DNA of 64,000 nucleotides from Batkoa obscura (Eukaryota): NCBI GenBank assembly GCA_030770535.1, contig JASVEC010000018.1, positions 496,001 to 560,000 of the forward strand, read 5' to 3'. Shown piece by piece: positions 1 to 12,950 of this stretch (position 1 is its first letter; each line of letters starts with the position of its first letter). The notes under the pieces were generated by a model. It saw only the letters and a program-made list of their open reading frames with translations, ran no database searches and was not told where the DNA came from. The position numbers and the translations under genes were made by a program.

Positions 1-673
1 AGACACAATATCGTTTTGAAGTTCATTAAGGGCATGTGAATTGGTTAAATCAGCTGTTTTTGCTGTTTTTGTTTAATGTAAAATACATGTTAGATCAGTT
101 GTTATACAATTTATAGAAAAAATTAGTAATTCAAAGTTAAGAAGACTAATTCAAAAAAGGAAATAAACATTCTTATTGTAATAAAATTATTTGGTAATTA
201 AATATACTAAAGCTAGATAGAAAAGATTCTTTTGTTTTGGGCCAAAATATTTAAACGTACGTTTTTAAAACTGAAATTGACATCTATGAAAAACGTATAC
301 TGAAAATTAAGACAGAGTTATAAATATTTACAATTTAAATCCAAATAATTTATTAAAGGTAGTAAAAACGATATAATGTCAAAAATTTATTGAATCATCT
401 TTATAGTATATTTGTAACAGATTATAAATTTTGGAAATGTCATAAGATATAAACTGTTAATATTAGAGTAGTTAATACTATACTTTATAGCTAGCTTACT
501 AATTTTTTTCTATATTTTTTCATGACTTTATAGCTTGGTAGTATGGTTCAAAATTTAGCACTTGACAATCATATGTATAGGAACTGGTTGAGATTCAAAA
601 GAAAATTCTAAGGGCGAATATCAGCTCGAAAATAATAGTAATTATATTCTAAGCGAGAGAAGGATAGTGAAAG

Positions 674-681
674 TATATAAA
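674..681 (+). promoter_or_regulatory. Putative TATA box of the subtilisin gene
   Basis: TATATAAA about 75 bp upstream of ATG 752; weak evidence in an AT-rich background. Confidence 0.35.
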
Positions 682-751
682 GCAGAAAGCTATACTGTAA
701 TTAATTAAAAAAAGTCAAACTTGACAATTGAGTTTTATCAAAAACAATACA

Positions 752-1906
752 ATGAAAGTATTCGCTATCTTTGCTATCTCCAGTTCTCTCCTTGCTTCAG
801 TATTTGCTGATCTTGCTCCATTACATAAAAATGGTAAAGCTATTGAAGGAAGTTATTTAATCACCTTAAAGGGTAACACTCGTACCACCCTTGATGCTCA
901 TGTTCAACAAGTACAAGAGCTCTTCACTGATCGTAGTGGATCTAACAAAGTTGAAAGGGTTTTCAACCACATTGGAAATGCTTACCATGCTCGTTTAACT
1001 GATTCAGTTTTAGAAAAAGTACGTAATTTACCAGAAGTTGCCTTCGTTGAAGCTGATGCCGAAATTAAACTTTCTACAACTCAAACTGGTGCTCCATGGG
1101 GACTTGCTCGTACTTCTCAACGTACTTTCACTGATAAATCTACCTATACTTATGATGGTAATGGTTCTGATGTAACTGTTTATGTTATTGACACTGGTAT
1201 CCTCACCACTCATACTGAATTTGGAGGTCGTGCTCGTTTTGGTGCCAGATTTGCTGGTACTAATGATAATGATGAGCATGGTCATGGTACCCATTGTGCT
1301 GGTACTATTGGAGGTCAAACTTATGGTATCTCAAAAAATGTCAACCTTGTTGCAGTTAAAGTATTTGATGGTAGTGGTTCAGGTAGTACCTCAGGGATTA
1401 TTTCAGCTATCAATTGGTCCGTTAATGATAAAAAAGGAGTCAAAGGTAATGTTCTTAGTATGTCCCTTGGTGGCGGTAAATCTACTACACTTAATAATGC
1501 TGTTGAGTCAGCTTATCAAAAAGGATTCGTTGTTGTTGTAGCTGCTGGTAATGAAACTAGCGATGCTTGTACCCGTTCTCCAGCCTCATCACCAAATGCT
1601 ATTACTGTTGCTGCTTCTGATGTCAATGATAACCTCGCTTCTTTCTCCAACTATGGTAAATGTGTTGATGTCATTGCTCCAGGTGTAGCTGTCCTTTCTT
1701 CATGGAATAATGGTGGCACTAATACTATCTCTGGTACTTCCATGGCTACTCCTCATGTTGCTGGTCTTGCTGCTTATTTCCTTTCAAAAGAAACTTTAAC
1801 TAATGCTCAAGTAAGAGATAAAATTGTTAGCGTTGCTACTAAGGATGCTATCAAGAACCCAAAAACTGGTACTCCAAATCTCTTAGCTTATAACAATATT
1901 GCTTAG
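752..1906 (+). CDS. Secreted subtilisin-like serine protease (S8, proteinase K subfamily) with I9 propeptide
   Basis: Signal peptide [19 protein letters not shown] from ATG 752; catalytic motifs [24 protein letters not shown]; intronless. Confidence 0.96.
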   Translation: MKVFAIFAISSSLLASVFADLAPLHKNGKAIEGSYLITLKGNTRTTLDAHVQQVQELFTDRSGSNKVERVFNHIGNAYHARLTDSVLEKVRNLPEVAFVEADAEIKLSTTQTGAPWGLARTSQRTFTDKSTYTYDGNGSDVTVYVIDTGILTTHTEFGGRARFGARFAGTNDNDEHGHGTHCAGTIGGQTYGISKNVNLVAVKVFDGSGSGSTSGIISAINWSVNDKKGVKGNVLSMSLGGGKSTTLNNAVESAYQKGFVVVVAAGNETSDACTRSPASSPNAITVAASDVNDNLASFSNYGKCVDVIAPGVAVLSSWNNGGTNTISGTSMATPHVAGLAAYFLSKETLTNAQVRDKIVSVATKDAIKNPKTGTPNLLAYNNIA

Positions 1907-1988
1907 GTTTATAAAATAAAGTTTCAAATACACTAAAATTATTTTCGGGGTTTGTTAGACGCTTAAATTTTAAATACACTATAGTATT

Positions 1989-2087
1989 GGAAATGTTTTT
2001 TTTGACTTCACTATTTTTTCCATTTTTCAAGCGCTATTTAAGCGGAGAATTTGTTAGTAAAATTCTTAAACACAAAAATACATCCAC
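1989..2087 (+). mobile_element. ~100-bp MITE copy
   Basis: Matches family consensus GGGGATGTTTTTTTG..CATTACTTTTTCCATTTTT.AAGCGCTATTT.AG.GGAAA..TTGTTAGTAAAATTCTTAAACACAAAAATACATCCCC. Confidence 0.85.
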
Positions 2088-2110
2088 ATATGAATATTTG
2101 TATAATATAT

Positions 2111-2208
2111 GAGGATGTTTTTTTGGCTTCATTGCCTTTTCTATCTTTTAAGCATTATTTGAGTGGAAAATTTGTTAGTAAAATTCTTAAATACAAAAAT
2201 GTATACCC
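2111..2208 (+). mobile_element. ~100-bp MITE copy
   Basis: Consensus match; ATAT on both flanks. Confidence 0.85.
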
Positions 2209-2671
2209 ATATACCAGATTTATAAGCACTTTCATATGTATTTATTTGAAGAGAAAATAGTTAAACAAGCTTAAATAAAAAGTAAAAATTAAAATTTTTC
2301 ACTATGACTTAAGTTAATTCGCAGCTTTATTGAAGCTACTACTGGATGTATTGTTTGGCATGGCTATTATTTAAATATTTAGAATGTGATGTAAAAGGAG
2401 ATTTTAGTGTAAATTTAACATCAAATAACTTTTAATACTTCTGAAATATGTCTAATGATCAGTATTTATTTATGTGGGGCTTTTTTTGAAGCTAAAAAAT
2501 CCTTTTATTATCATCCTGCTGTTTTTTAAAATTGCTTTATTTTTTGCGTTTTTGTTGTTCAATCTATTAATCTTGAAAAAACATAAATTCGGCGAAAAAT
2601 TAAAATAGAAAATGACAATGGAAATATATAAAATAAGTCTATAAATAATATTTATTATAAGTGATAAGAGA

Positions 2672-3796
2672 CTACATTAATTTTTTGATAGAAGCAGCAA
2701 TGTCACCGAAATTATCTTTGATAAATCCTTTCGCAAGGTCACGACTTTCCTTTAAAACTTGTTTACGGACACCACTAAGGATAACTAATTTTTCATCATA
2801 TTTAGCACCTTTGTATTCATTTAAGATCGCTTCATCTGCAGTAGGACCTAAAATAGCATTAGTAGTAGCAGCCAAAACTAAGCCTGCATATGGAATGGCA
2901 CTAATTCCAGAAGTTACGGCTGTTCTCATATATTTTAAAGCTTTGTTACTATAAGCCATTTTAGACGCATTAATCAAAGGTAAATTTTCAAGACATGAGG
3001 CTAAAGTGGCTGCTTCATTTGACCATTTACTTGATCCACAAAAATAACTACGATCTTTTTCATAACCCGTACCCCAATAACCACAAGAAGATTTAGTTTC
3101 CGAATTTGGTATTAATCTGAAACAATTGCTAAAATCGTGTGGCATGGCAGCAGTTTGCAGTACGTCATTAGCCAATAGGCAAATCTTATCAATACCTAAT
3201 GCATGGTCATCAGATTGAATTGTTTGTGCGTCTTTGTTATATAACTTAGTATTGTTTAAGATTTTATTGACTATACTTTCAGTCATCTTAATTTGAAATA
3301 CTTGACGATAGTTACGATCATCTGGATGTAGATTATCCATTGGTACGATAATGGATCTTAAGCCTTGTCTTAAATCCACAGACACATAGTTTAAATTACC
3401 AATATTAGGTGCTACATATAAGTAATCTCTGGCTTTTTCAGTAGACGAAATTTCCATAGTTTCTAAGTTATTCATATCTGCAATGGAATCAGTAGTCTTG
3501 ACTCGAAAATTATCAGTACAATATTGACGACAGGTTAAACAACAGGATTCAGTATCACGAAGACAAGTTTTTCCTTGATACCAGCTTCTTGATTCATCAA
3601 AAGTATCTTTTCCTGCTATTGGTACCCAATGGTGTAGCGGTTGGCAGTTACGTTGATATTTTGGTGATATATCAATTTCAAACCATACCATACCATTCTT
3701 AAGCTTATAGCATTTCTTATCCAAGTAAGCAAGCCCAAGCGGGTTTTGACATAAAGTTGAAGCAATAAAAAAGAAGAGAGGTAAAGCTAAAAGCAT
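2672..3796 (-). CDS. Secreted Cys-rich protein of unknown family, paralog 1 (374 aa)
   Basis: Signal peptide MLLALPLFFFIASTLC; 12 Cys conserved with paralogs at 6740-7858 and 13058-14176; hydrophobic segment AVTSGISAIPYAGLVLAATTNAILGP near the C-terminus. Confidence 0.9.
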   Translation of the reverse strand: MLLALPLFFFIASTLCQNPLGLAYLDKKCYKLKNGMVWFEIDISPKYQRNCQPLHHWVPIAGKDTFDESRSWYQGKTCLRDTESCCLTCRQYCTDNFRVKTTDSIADMNNLETMEISSTEKARDYLYVAPNIGNLNYVSVDLRQGLRSIIVPMDNLHPDDRNYRQVFQIKMTESIVNKILNNTKLYNKDAQTIQSDDHALGIDKICLLANDVLQTAAMPHDFSNCFRLIPNSETKSSCGYWGTGYEKDRSYFCGSSKWSNEAATLASCLENLPLINASKMAYSNKALKYMRTAVTSGISAIPYAGLVLAATTNAILGPTADEAILNEYKGAKYDEKLVILSGVRKQVLKESRDLAKGFIKDNFGDIAASIKKLM

Positions 3797-5422
3797 TTGA
3801 TTGTTTTGTATATTTTTGAGTCATTTGGATTCCATTATATATAGTTTTTTTAGTATTTCGGATACTGAATACAAAATGAATATTATTTATAAAGCAGTGT
3901 TTGATATCTGATAATTTAACAACAAACATGAACTAATAAAGAACAAATAAGTGTAACGATTTCAGAATAAATACTTATATGGTTTAGTTTTTGAAATATT
4001 AAAATAACGCAACTAATTATATTCTTTAAATTATTACATAATTTATAAACCACTCGTTATTTAATCTTTATTTTATTTTCCTGGTCTTAAAAATGCTTAA
4101 TTACTTATTCTGTCCTTTAGCAGTTATGTGTTAAATCAATGAATTCTCTGATATCACTCTAGCTTATCCATGGCAGTTTAGGATACTATAATTACCCAGC
4201 TCTTTGATATTCGATCATATTTGTAGTAATTTGATTATTGTATCGAGCTAATATTATTTAACAGATTTTCATTGAGGTTTGTTATTAAAATAACATATTT
4301 TATATTTATATTATACTGGTTAATGATACAAAGCCCATATTTTTACGATGAATACACATTAACATAGAAATTTTTCTATCAAAAGTGTAGTCAACATGAA
4401 GTGTTTTTTTAAATTATGCACTAAATAAAGGCCATTCATTCATTTGCGGTTTATCTAAAATTAATAAATTACGTTAACTTGAAAGTATGTAAAAAAGCCA
4501 TTCTTGTACTTGAGAAGAAATACAAATTTAAAGTGTATTAATTATACTTCCGTCTAAAACCGATTAAATGTTTGGATTTTTTTATCATTCAACCAATATT
4601 AATTGAAATGATTTTTATAATGTAAAAAATTTAAAATTTAAATTACAGTTAATTCAAGTTAATCTCGGTCAAAATTTAATTTCTTCCAATTAACAGAATC
4701 TTTTTCATGAGTTTCGTTTTCTAACTTTACAGTGCTTATTTATCTCAAAAATTGAGGGGCTAAACTTAAATACCCACATTTCTTAATAACTAACAATTAG
4801 ATTTTTTTTTTCGATTATATTTAAAAGTTATTTTTTTTTATGCTGATGTTACTTTCACTACTCTTGTATTTAATTATAAGGGGGTTTATAAAGTGATCTG
4901 GTCTTTTTTCCTGATCCAAACCGCAAGAGTAATTAACTCCAACTATAAAACTAATTTTAAAATTCAGCCTAAAAATCCAAAAAACATTATTGATATGTTA
5001 AAACAGCTAAATAGCGCTCTCCACTATAATGTTAGTTTTCATTTTCTAAACAGACGTTTTAAATCAATTTGAAGTGATCAATGTTTTGTTATTGCTGATT
5101 GTAAAATAGTATCAGCTACTTTATTTATAATGGAAGTAGAATTCAAAGAGTTCAAAAAGTAAAGCTTTTATAGTAATCTATGGCCTATTTTCACACAAAT
5201 CAAATAGGCTAGATTATTTTACAAATTACTTTGTATTAAATATGTTTAAAAAAATAGGTATTTTTGGTTGTTAAAAATATTTTTTAAAACTATTTATCCA
5301 AGCGACCGTATCATGTTGATGAACTTGCCAATTTTTGTTTATATTATATTAATTAAAAATGTCGGATTAACTTTTGAACATTTTTAAAATTTTCAGATAT
5401 AAAACTGTTAAATCCAACATAC

Positions 5423-5521
5423 GAGGATATATTTCTGTGTTTAAGAATTTTACTAACAATTTTTCCGCTTAAATAGTGCTTAAAAATGGAAAAAATAATG
5501 AAGTCAAAAAAAGCACTTTCC
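5423..5521 (-). mobile_element. ~100-bp MITE copy
   Basis: Reverse-complement consensus match. Confidence 0.85.
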
Positions 5522-5645
5522 ATATTATAGAGTAATTTTTTTAGTGATTTTTTAAATTATACAAAAATCGATTTATTTGGTGTTAAAATCTAAAGTTTAA
5601 ATAAAAAAAGTTTTTCGTATTAATTTCAGTTATAATATCTGAAGT

Positions 5646-5822
5646 TGTGAAACTGGTACTCAGCGGTTGGAGTCAAAAGGTTTTGGTTACGTAGCTAGGA
5701 TAAACTTGAATTATCAAGAATAGTACGTAATAAATAGGCTATGGACTATGTAAGACAAATAGAATAGACAATACTAATGTAAATCTACGTAAAAATACTA
5801 TTAAGAAAGCTTAGTGGCTTTA
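5646..5822 (+). repeat. Dispersed ~180-bp repeat (second family; possible solo-LTR fragment)
   Basis: Aligns in inverted orientation with 39490-39676 (e.g. ataggctatggactatgtaagacaaatagaatagacaatacta); starts TGTGAA. Confidence 0.7.
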
Positions 5823-6739
5823 CTAAATGTTCGAGATATCAGAGGATAATTCAGTTAAAAAGCCTCGAGTTACTATGTTTTAGGATCTTTTTTATACTCC
5901 GGCAAGTATGGATATCAAAACGAGAGGATGATATTCTTTGAGGCAAAGATAGAAATTTTCACAGCAAATCAAACTAAGAACGTGGGATTGATTGTCTCTA
6001 AACTCAAGAACACAACAGCTTAGGCGATTATTATGCTATAATCAACCATGGGACTGACAAAGCGATATTTCACATTATAAAAAATTAAAAACTGATTTTA
6101 ATATTCCTGCTTAAAATAACTTAAAATTAAATAATATATTAAAAAGGCTACGTTATTTATATAATAAAAGAGTAAAAAGATTAAATATTGAAAGCTTTTT
6201 TCAAAAACAATTTTATCAGTAGTATTTAATGATGTAAGCAATTGGATAATTCAAGGCTTAAAATCAGGTACATGAGATTTTTATACGATAATAGTAAGCT
6301 TTGCTTTGCTAAAATAACTAAAAAATTAAATGATTTTAGATAAAAGCTTTTATCCATTTATTTCATTTTCCAGGTTTAACTTTTTCATGTTAGTATTTAG
6401 GGATGATTCCTTTGGCTTCATTACTTTTTACTAAATATATAATAAAAAGTCATAGACTTAAAAAGTGTAATTTTTTATTACACAACCTAACAGTTTTGAC
6501 TTTGGGGCGTTTTCTAGTAAACTCTATTTCTTTTTCTGCCTTTATTTGGCCTTTTTACAAATAACTATAAAGATGTCTTTATATTATATAGCATTTTCAT
6601 TGCTTGATTAGGCCATTATGATTATATGTATATTTTATAAAAATAACATTTATAATTATATTATTTAAACCAAGGATTGAAAAAACATCATGAAACAAAA
6701 TAAATTTAAAGCCAAGCGTTTATTAAAAACAATATACGA

Positions 6740-7858
6740 TTATAACACTTTCTTAATGGATTTGATAATGTCACCAAAATGTTCCTTAAAATATCCTTTT
6801 GCAAGGTTACTACTTTCCTTTAAAACTTGTTTACGAACTCCACTAAGGATAACTAATTTTTCATCATATTCAGCCCCTTTATATTCACTAAGAATTAATT
6901 CATCAGCAGTTGGGCCTAAAATAGCATTAGTGGTAGCAGCTAAAACTAAACCAGCATATGGGATAGCTGAAATACCAGCTGTTACAGCTGTTCTCATATA
7001 TTCTAAAGCTTTGGTATTATAAGCCATTTTAGATGCATTGATTAATGGTAGGTTCTGAAGACATGAAGCCAAAGTGGCTGCTTCATTTGACCATTTACTT
7101 GATCCACAAAAATAACCACGATCTTTATCATACCTCGTACCCCAATAACCACAAGAACCTCGGACTTCTTCATTTGGAATTAATTTAAAGCAGTTACTAA
7201 ACTCATATGGCATAGCAGCGGTCCTCAACATATCATTAGCTAATAAGCAAATCTTATCAATACCTAATACATGGTCATTGGATTGAATTGTTTGTGCATC
7301 TTTATTATATAAATTAGTATTATTCAAAATCTTAGTAACAATACTTTCAGTCATTTTAATTTGAAATACTTGACGATAGTTATGATCATCCGGATGTAGA
7401 TTATTCATTGGTACAATAATGGATCTTAAGCCTTGTCTCAAATCAACCGAAAGATAATTTAAGCTCCCAATGCTAGGAGCTAAATACAAATAATCCCTGC
7501 TTTTATGAGTCGATGTAATCTCCATGATGTTTAAATCCTTCATATCTTCAATTGAATCTGTAGTACCAACGCGAAAATTATCAGTACAATATTGACGACA
7601 AGTTAAGCAACAAGACTTTGAATTACGAAGACAACTCTTTCCTTCATACCATTCCTTTGATTGTTTATCCTTTCCTAATATAAGCACCCAATGGTGTAAC
7701 GGTTGGCAATTACGTTGATATTTTGGTGATATATCAATTTCAAACCATACAATATCATAATCGAGCTTATAGCATTTCTTATCAAGGTAAGTTAAGCCAA
7801 GAGGATTTTGACATAGAATCGAAGCGATAAAGAAGAAGAGAGATAGAGCTAGAAACAT
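6740..7858 (-). CDS. Secreted Cys-rich protein of unknown family, paralog 2 (372 aa)
   Basis: Intact ORF with signal peptide and the same Cys pattern as paralogs 1 and 3. Confidence 0.9.
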   Translation of the reverse strand: MFLALSLFFFIASILCQNPLGLTYLDKKCYKLDYDIVWFEIDISPKYQRNCQPLHHWVLILGKDKQSKEWYEGKSCLRNSKSCCLTCRQYCTDNFRVGTTDSIEDMKDLNIMEITSTHKSRDYLYLAPSIGSLNYLSVDLRQGLRSIIVPMNNLHPDDHNYRQVFQIKMTESIVTKILNNTNLYNKDAQTIQSNDHVLGIDKICLLANDMLRTAAMPYEFSNCFKLIPNEEVRGSCGYWGTRYDKDRGYFCGSSKWSNEAATLASCLQNLPLINASKMAYNTKALEYMRTAVTAGISAIPYAGLVLAATTNAILGPTADELILSEYKGAEYDEKLVILSGVRKQVLKESSNLAKGYFKEHFGDIIKSIKKVL

Positions 7859-8781
7859 TAGGTTTTTTTATTGTATATTATTAAACCATTTCAATTTGTT
7901 ATATATAATTTTTTTAATATTTCCAATACTAAATATATACTGAATATTAAGTATAGTGTAGAATTTTTATATTTAATGATTCGAGTTACTAGTGAATATG
8001 AACTAATAGGGAATAAATTAATACAAAATTTTGAAGTGATTATATTATAGTTTACTTACCAAGCTATTAAACTAATATAACTAATCGTATTCTTTAAAAT
8101 TTCTACATATAATCTGCGACACACCCGTCATTAATATTTTTATTTGATTTTCTTGGCTTATCAAAATGATTATTTATTCTATTCTTTAATAACTATATAT
8201 TGAACACATTAGTTTTTTGAGATCATATTAGCTTGTACACAGTGCTTTTAATTTCTATAATTACTTAATTGTTAAAATTTTGTTAATATTTGAAATGTTC
8301 TGTTTGTTATATTAAGTTAATATTACTTTTCAGAGTTTCACCTGATATTTATTATTAATATAATCTATTTATATAATAACATATTGATACAATACAGCTA
8401 CTACTTACATTTAAATAGTTGATAAAGTAAAATTAATTAATAACATAAGCATAAACAACGCTATACAATGCTTTACTAAAGCTATAGTTTACATAAAAAG
8501 TATTTTTTAGTTACGTGTTAGACCAAAAGCTAGATATGATGTAGTTAAAAATTTTATTAAAGTTCGTTGATTTAGTAGATTTGAAAACGCCATTTTTACA
8601 CTCAAGAAGAAATCCAGACCTAATTTAATTTACACTCCCATGTAAAATTGACCAAGTGTTTTGGTTTTTTATCATTGGAATAGTATTATAATCAATTACA
8701 AAAAAAATTAAATTTTCATTTATTGAATTATACAATGCTAGAAGATTTGTTTTAAAAAGTGAGGTACTAAAAACTTTAAAT

Positions 8782-8876
8782 GGGGCTATTTTTTTAGTTT
8801 CATCACTTTTTCCATTTTTTTAAGTCCTATTTGAGTGAAAAAGGCTGTCAGTAGAACTCTTAAAAAAATACTTTAT
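8782..8876 (+). mobile_element. Degenerate MITE copy
   Basis: Partial consensus match (catcactttttccatttttt..ctatttgagtgaaaa). Confidence 0.55.
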
Positions 8877-8949
8877 CAAATACTTAAAAAATAGTTAAAA
8901 ATTTGTTTTTCAAATACTTTTATTTCGTAATTTAAGTATATGAGGATAT

Positions 8950-9046
8950 GGGGATGTTTTTTTCGATTTCATTACTTTTCCATTTTTTAAGCACTATTGA
9001 GTGGAAAGATTGTTAGTAAAATTCTTAAACACAGAAATACATCCCC
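8950..9046 (+). mobile_element. ~100-bp MITE copy
   Basis: GGGGATG...ACATCCCC termini; consensus interior. Confidence 0.88.
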
Positions 9047-9864
9047 AAATGCTAATATATTTACTAAATTTATCATTTTATAAATTAAATATTTTAATAA
9101 GAGTAAAAAAATAAAAATTGTATTTTAAATAGTAGTTGCTATATGTGACGTTTTTTAAAATTTTAAAAAAAGCTACAAAAATTTATAACAAACCTTATAA
9201 ATAAAAAAACTTCAATATAATAAAATATAAATTATTTAGTATTAATTCTTATTACCTTTGTATTATATTTAATTTTTTTTATAAGATTATAGTAATTTGA
9301 ATATCTCTATATCAAATCTAAGTTTTCTAAAAAGTATAAAAGCCAGCTAAATGTTGTTATAGTATATATTATATGTTTTTAATTTATTTTTAGACTTAAT
9401 ATAGGCTTGTACTACTTTTTATAATAAATGTAATAACTTCAGAATTTTAATTATTTTAAATTTAAGACTATCATAAAGCTAACTCAGACTATTTCAAGCT
9501 CCTGTACTAAATTACTATTTTATGTTTTATAGTGTTTTTTAAATAGTTACAAAGCTTGTATTCATCCTATATAGTTCTTTTATTATTTTTGGGCTTATAT
9601 AATCAATTATGTCTCTTGTAGAGTAAAGCTTATAATTATAATATTCAAGTTTATAAAAAACCCAAATGAAATTTATTATAACTTTAAACATATGGGGCTG
9701 TCCTAATTGGTTTCAGAATCTATTTAGAAATTAATCCAAATTTTAAATTTCAAGTTTGTGTCTAATATAACGGTTAAATCTAAAAAGCCTAAAATTAAAT
9801 GTCTCGATTTAAAACTTATTTTAATTGTTTCCTTTTCTTAAATAGCTAATTTTCCTAACTATAT

Positions 9865-9963
9865 GGGAGTGTTTTTTTTGACTTCATTATTTCTTCCATT
9901 TTTTAAGCGCTATTTAAGCGGAAAATTTATTAGTAAAATTCTTAAACACAAAAATACATCCCC
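9865..9963 (+). mobile_element. MITE copy nested in the Sola-type element
   Basis: Consensus match; ATAT on both flanks. Confidence 0.9.
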
Positions 9964-10080
9964 ATATATTTTATGTTAGTTCTGTTAGATATTTAACAGG
10001 TATATTATATATAACTATATGATTATATAATTATATAGATATAGTTATTTGACTTTATTTTTTGTTGAAATAAAAATAAA

Positions 10081-11802
10081 ATGCAAACTTTCATAACTAA
10101 ACTTCGAAACGGGATTTTTGAAAATTTCAATACAATAGGGAGGAGTACACAATATAAACATTGTAACTCATTTACATCAATTTTAAGAGCTACTTATAAC
10201 AACCCAAGGTTTATGGAATTTTATAATAAAACAAAACAAAGAAAAGATACATTATCAAAGTTTACTATCGATAATAATAAACTTAATCAAGTAATGTATA
10301 AAATTAGTGCTTTAAGGGAAACAGGAAACAAAAATCAGCGAGTAGCGTTATTATCAACTATAGCTTCAGTATATTCTTTTGATGAATGTAAGAGTTTTGG
10401 GTTTGATATAAATAGAAATCAATATGATTATTCAAAAACAAGTAATAATAATAAAATATCAACATTACAACCTATTATTAAAAATACAAAAAAAATTAAA
10501 GATGACCAAATTGAAACTATCATACAATATTTACTAAATGATTCAACTATTTCATCAAGATTTAATAAAAAAAATAATGATAATAAATATTCATCAGATA
10601 ATATATATATATTAAATAAAAGTAGAAGAATGATATATAGTAAATATTTGAATGATCTAAGAGATAAAGCAGTAGCTAGGTCAACGTTCTTTAAATATAT
10701 ACCAACTAATTTCAAAAATCCAGCAAGAAAAACGGATCTATGTAATATATGTGCCCAGTATACAGTTAGAAAAAAGTTATTCGAAAATAAAATAAATACA
10801 GCAATAAAAAACAAAGCAGAGATAGAAGAAATTTTCAACGAAGAAGAAAAATTATGCAAATTACATAAATTCTGTGTTGATACTCAAAAAAACACATTTA
10901 ATGAAACTATTAAAAAATTAAATAACAAAAGTTGTATAATAGTTTTAGATTTTAAAGAAAATATGGAAATAGGAACAAGACCAGATTCAATAAATCTAGA
11001 TCATTATAATAAACAAGCTATATCAGTATTAGGCTTTGGTGTATTATATTTAAAAGATGATAAAACAATAGGCAAAGTTTACTTTGATTATTTATCTGAA
11101 ATATTGAATCATGATTCAGCATATGCAGGAGATTGTTTAATCAATTTGATCTCTACAGAGCTTCTATTTAAAAAGTTTACAAAAATTAATATATGGGCAG
11201 GTACAGGAAATCATTTTAGATCCCAAGAGTTTCTACACTATATGTTTAAAGAAATTCATAAAATAAATAGTAGTTTGAATGTTAATCTTAATTTTTTTGC
11301 TGAGCATCATGGAAAAAGTATAGTTGATGGACATTTTGGAAACCTTTCAAAATGGAAAAGTAGTTTTGAAGCGTTAGGTAAAATAGAAGATATCGATCAA
11401 TTAATCTCAAGATTTGAGGCTTTTATTTGCGAGCATAATAAAATTAATAACTCGACTGTTAATAATGGGAAAACAGATATAATTTTTAAAAAGTATAAAA
11501 GAAACAAAAATACAAAAAGAATAATAGAGATGCAGGGCATTAAGAAGGATTTACACTTTATTAAACATAACAATAAACTACATTGTTATCCAGTATCTGA
11601 TACATAAAAAAAAAGCGATATAGTCCCAATTAAAGTTATAGAGTCTATAGAAAATAGAAAAATTAAAAGATCGATCCCAGCTTACCTTACGAAGATAACA
11701 GAGAATTTAAAAATTTCGATATTTACTAAGCAAGTAAGTAGTTTGTTGAATGATAGAAATAGATTGTTAAATGTTAGGATTACTCAAGTTATTAATAGCT
11801 AA
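10081..11802 (+). pseudogene. Sola-like transposase, disrupted
   Basis: Motifs DLCNIC..H, VLDFKEN (D1), IWAGTGNHFRS (expected D2 position reads GGT=Gly), FFAEHHGKSIVDGHFG (D3); TAA at 11605-11607 is followed by 64 more open in-frame codons to TAA 11802. Confidence 0.7.
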
Positions 11803-12856
11803 GTTAATAAATAGTCAAAGAACAAGTAACTGTAATAATATGTAAAAACTATTATTACTTGTACTATATAGGGATGGTTAATCATAGTTTTGGGGCTAAC
11901 CACTCCCTCCCATGCAGCTATTTATTAACTTGGCAATATATTAATAATGTAATTATAACATTAAAATAGTCTATTTATTTGATAATAAATCTACAATGTT
12001 GGTTATAAAGCAGTTGATAATAAATATTTCTCAATTAAGCTTTATAAGAACATGTATTTAAGATCTAGTAGAAATTCAACTAACTTACAGTATGAGCTAT
12101 AATAGAATGATTTAGAACTGTGTTTGGGTACTTTTGTTTTAATAAAAGATGTGATTTTATAGAATTTTAAGCGAAGTTTTTAAAATACAAAATTTTTCAA
12201 AAATTGGATAAAATAATGAAACTAATTTAGACAACCCCATAGGCTATATTTTACAAAATCTTAATAAATTTTCTATCCTGTCCAGATTTAAATGGTAGAT
12301 ATCTTAGACACTTAAAAGATCCGAAATATTTTATCAATCTAAAAGTGTAATTGTAACCCTATATATTAATAGTTAAAAGACTATAACCAAAAAAAGAGCG
12401 TTTCAAAAAATAAAAATACAACTTTTATTATATACAGTAGATAATAAGTACATAAGTATTACTTTTATTCCTTCTAATAGGAAACTTCGTGTGAAGAAAT
12501 TGAGCTATTTCATTTGATATATTATTTTATATTACAAATTGGTTGTTAGTAAAAATCTTTCAAATAATTTCATATTCAGCATTATAAAATACTAAAAAGA
12601 TAAAATTTGAATTAAGGTTTTCAAAATTGTATCTCAATAATTGTTCCCTTTTTATATTCAAATATAATACTATAGCACATTAAACTTCTTATCAGTAATG
12701 TCAATATTAAACACAAATAATAATAGATATGTAGTAAATATAAATGAGAAAAAAAGTAATACTGCTTTATTTACTAGCTTCTAAGAAATAAACTTTGGGA
12801 TGCTTTTTCAAGGTATTGTATTTCTATCACGTTTGAAGTTATGTAATCGTATATAT

Positions 12857-12950
12857 GTGGGTGTTTTGGCTTCATTACTTTTTCCACTTTTAAGCACCAC
12901 TTGAACGGAAAAATTGCTAGTAAAATTCTTAAATACAAAAATACATCCCC
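12857..12950 (+). mobile_element. ~100-bp MITE copy
   Basis: Consensus match; ATAT on both flanks. Confidence 0.85.

Larger units (their letters stand above)
9694..12238 (+). mobile_element. Sola-type (Sola2-like) DDD DNA transposon, probably inactive
   Basis: Imperfect 22-bp TIRs: left ggggctgtcctaattggtttca, right (reverse complement) ggggttgtctaaattagtttca, 18/22 match; flanks ATAT/ATAG; single transposase ORF inside. Confidence 0.75.

Noticed and set aside
1028..1541. Overlapping alternative-frame ORFs in the subtilisin gene (and similar ones in SFP1, La, TAF4 and PEF1)
   Set aside because: They are by-products of codon bias in the real genes, with no recognisable motifs.
2051..2260. 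Short ORFs 2051-2260, 12774-12962, 17502-17804 and 60954-61175
   Set aside because: They are translations of MITE sequence, not genes.
11605..11607. Alternative genetic code or programmed readthrough of TAA
   Set aside because: TAA terminates most host genes in this window, so a nonsense mutation in a dead transposase is the simpler explanation.
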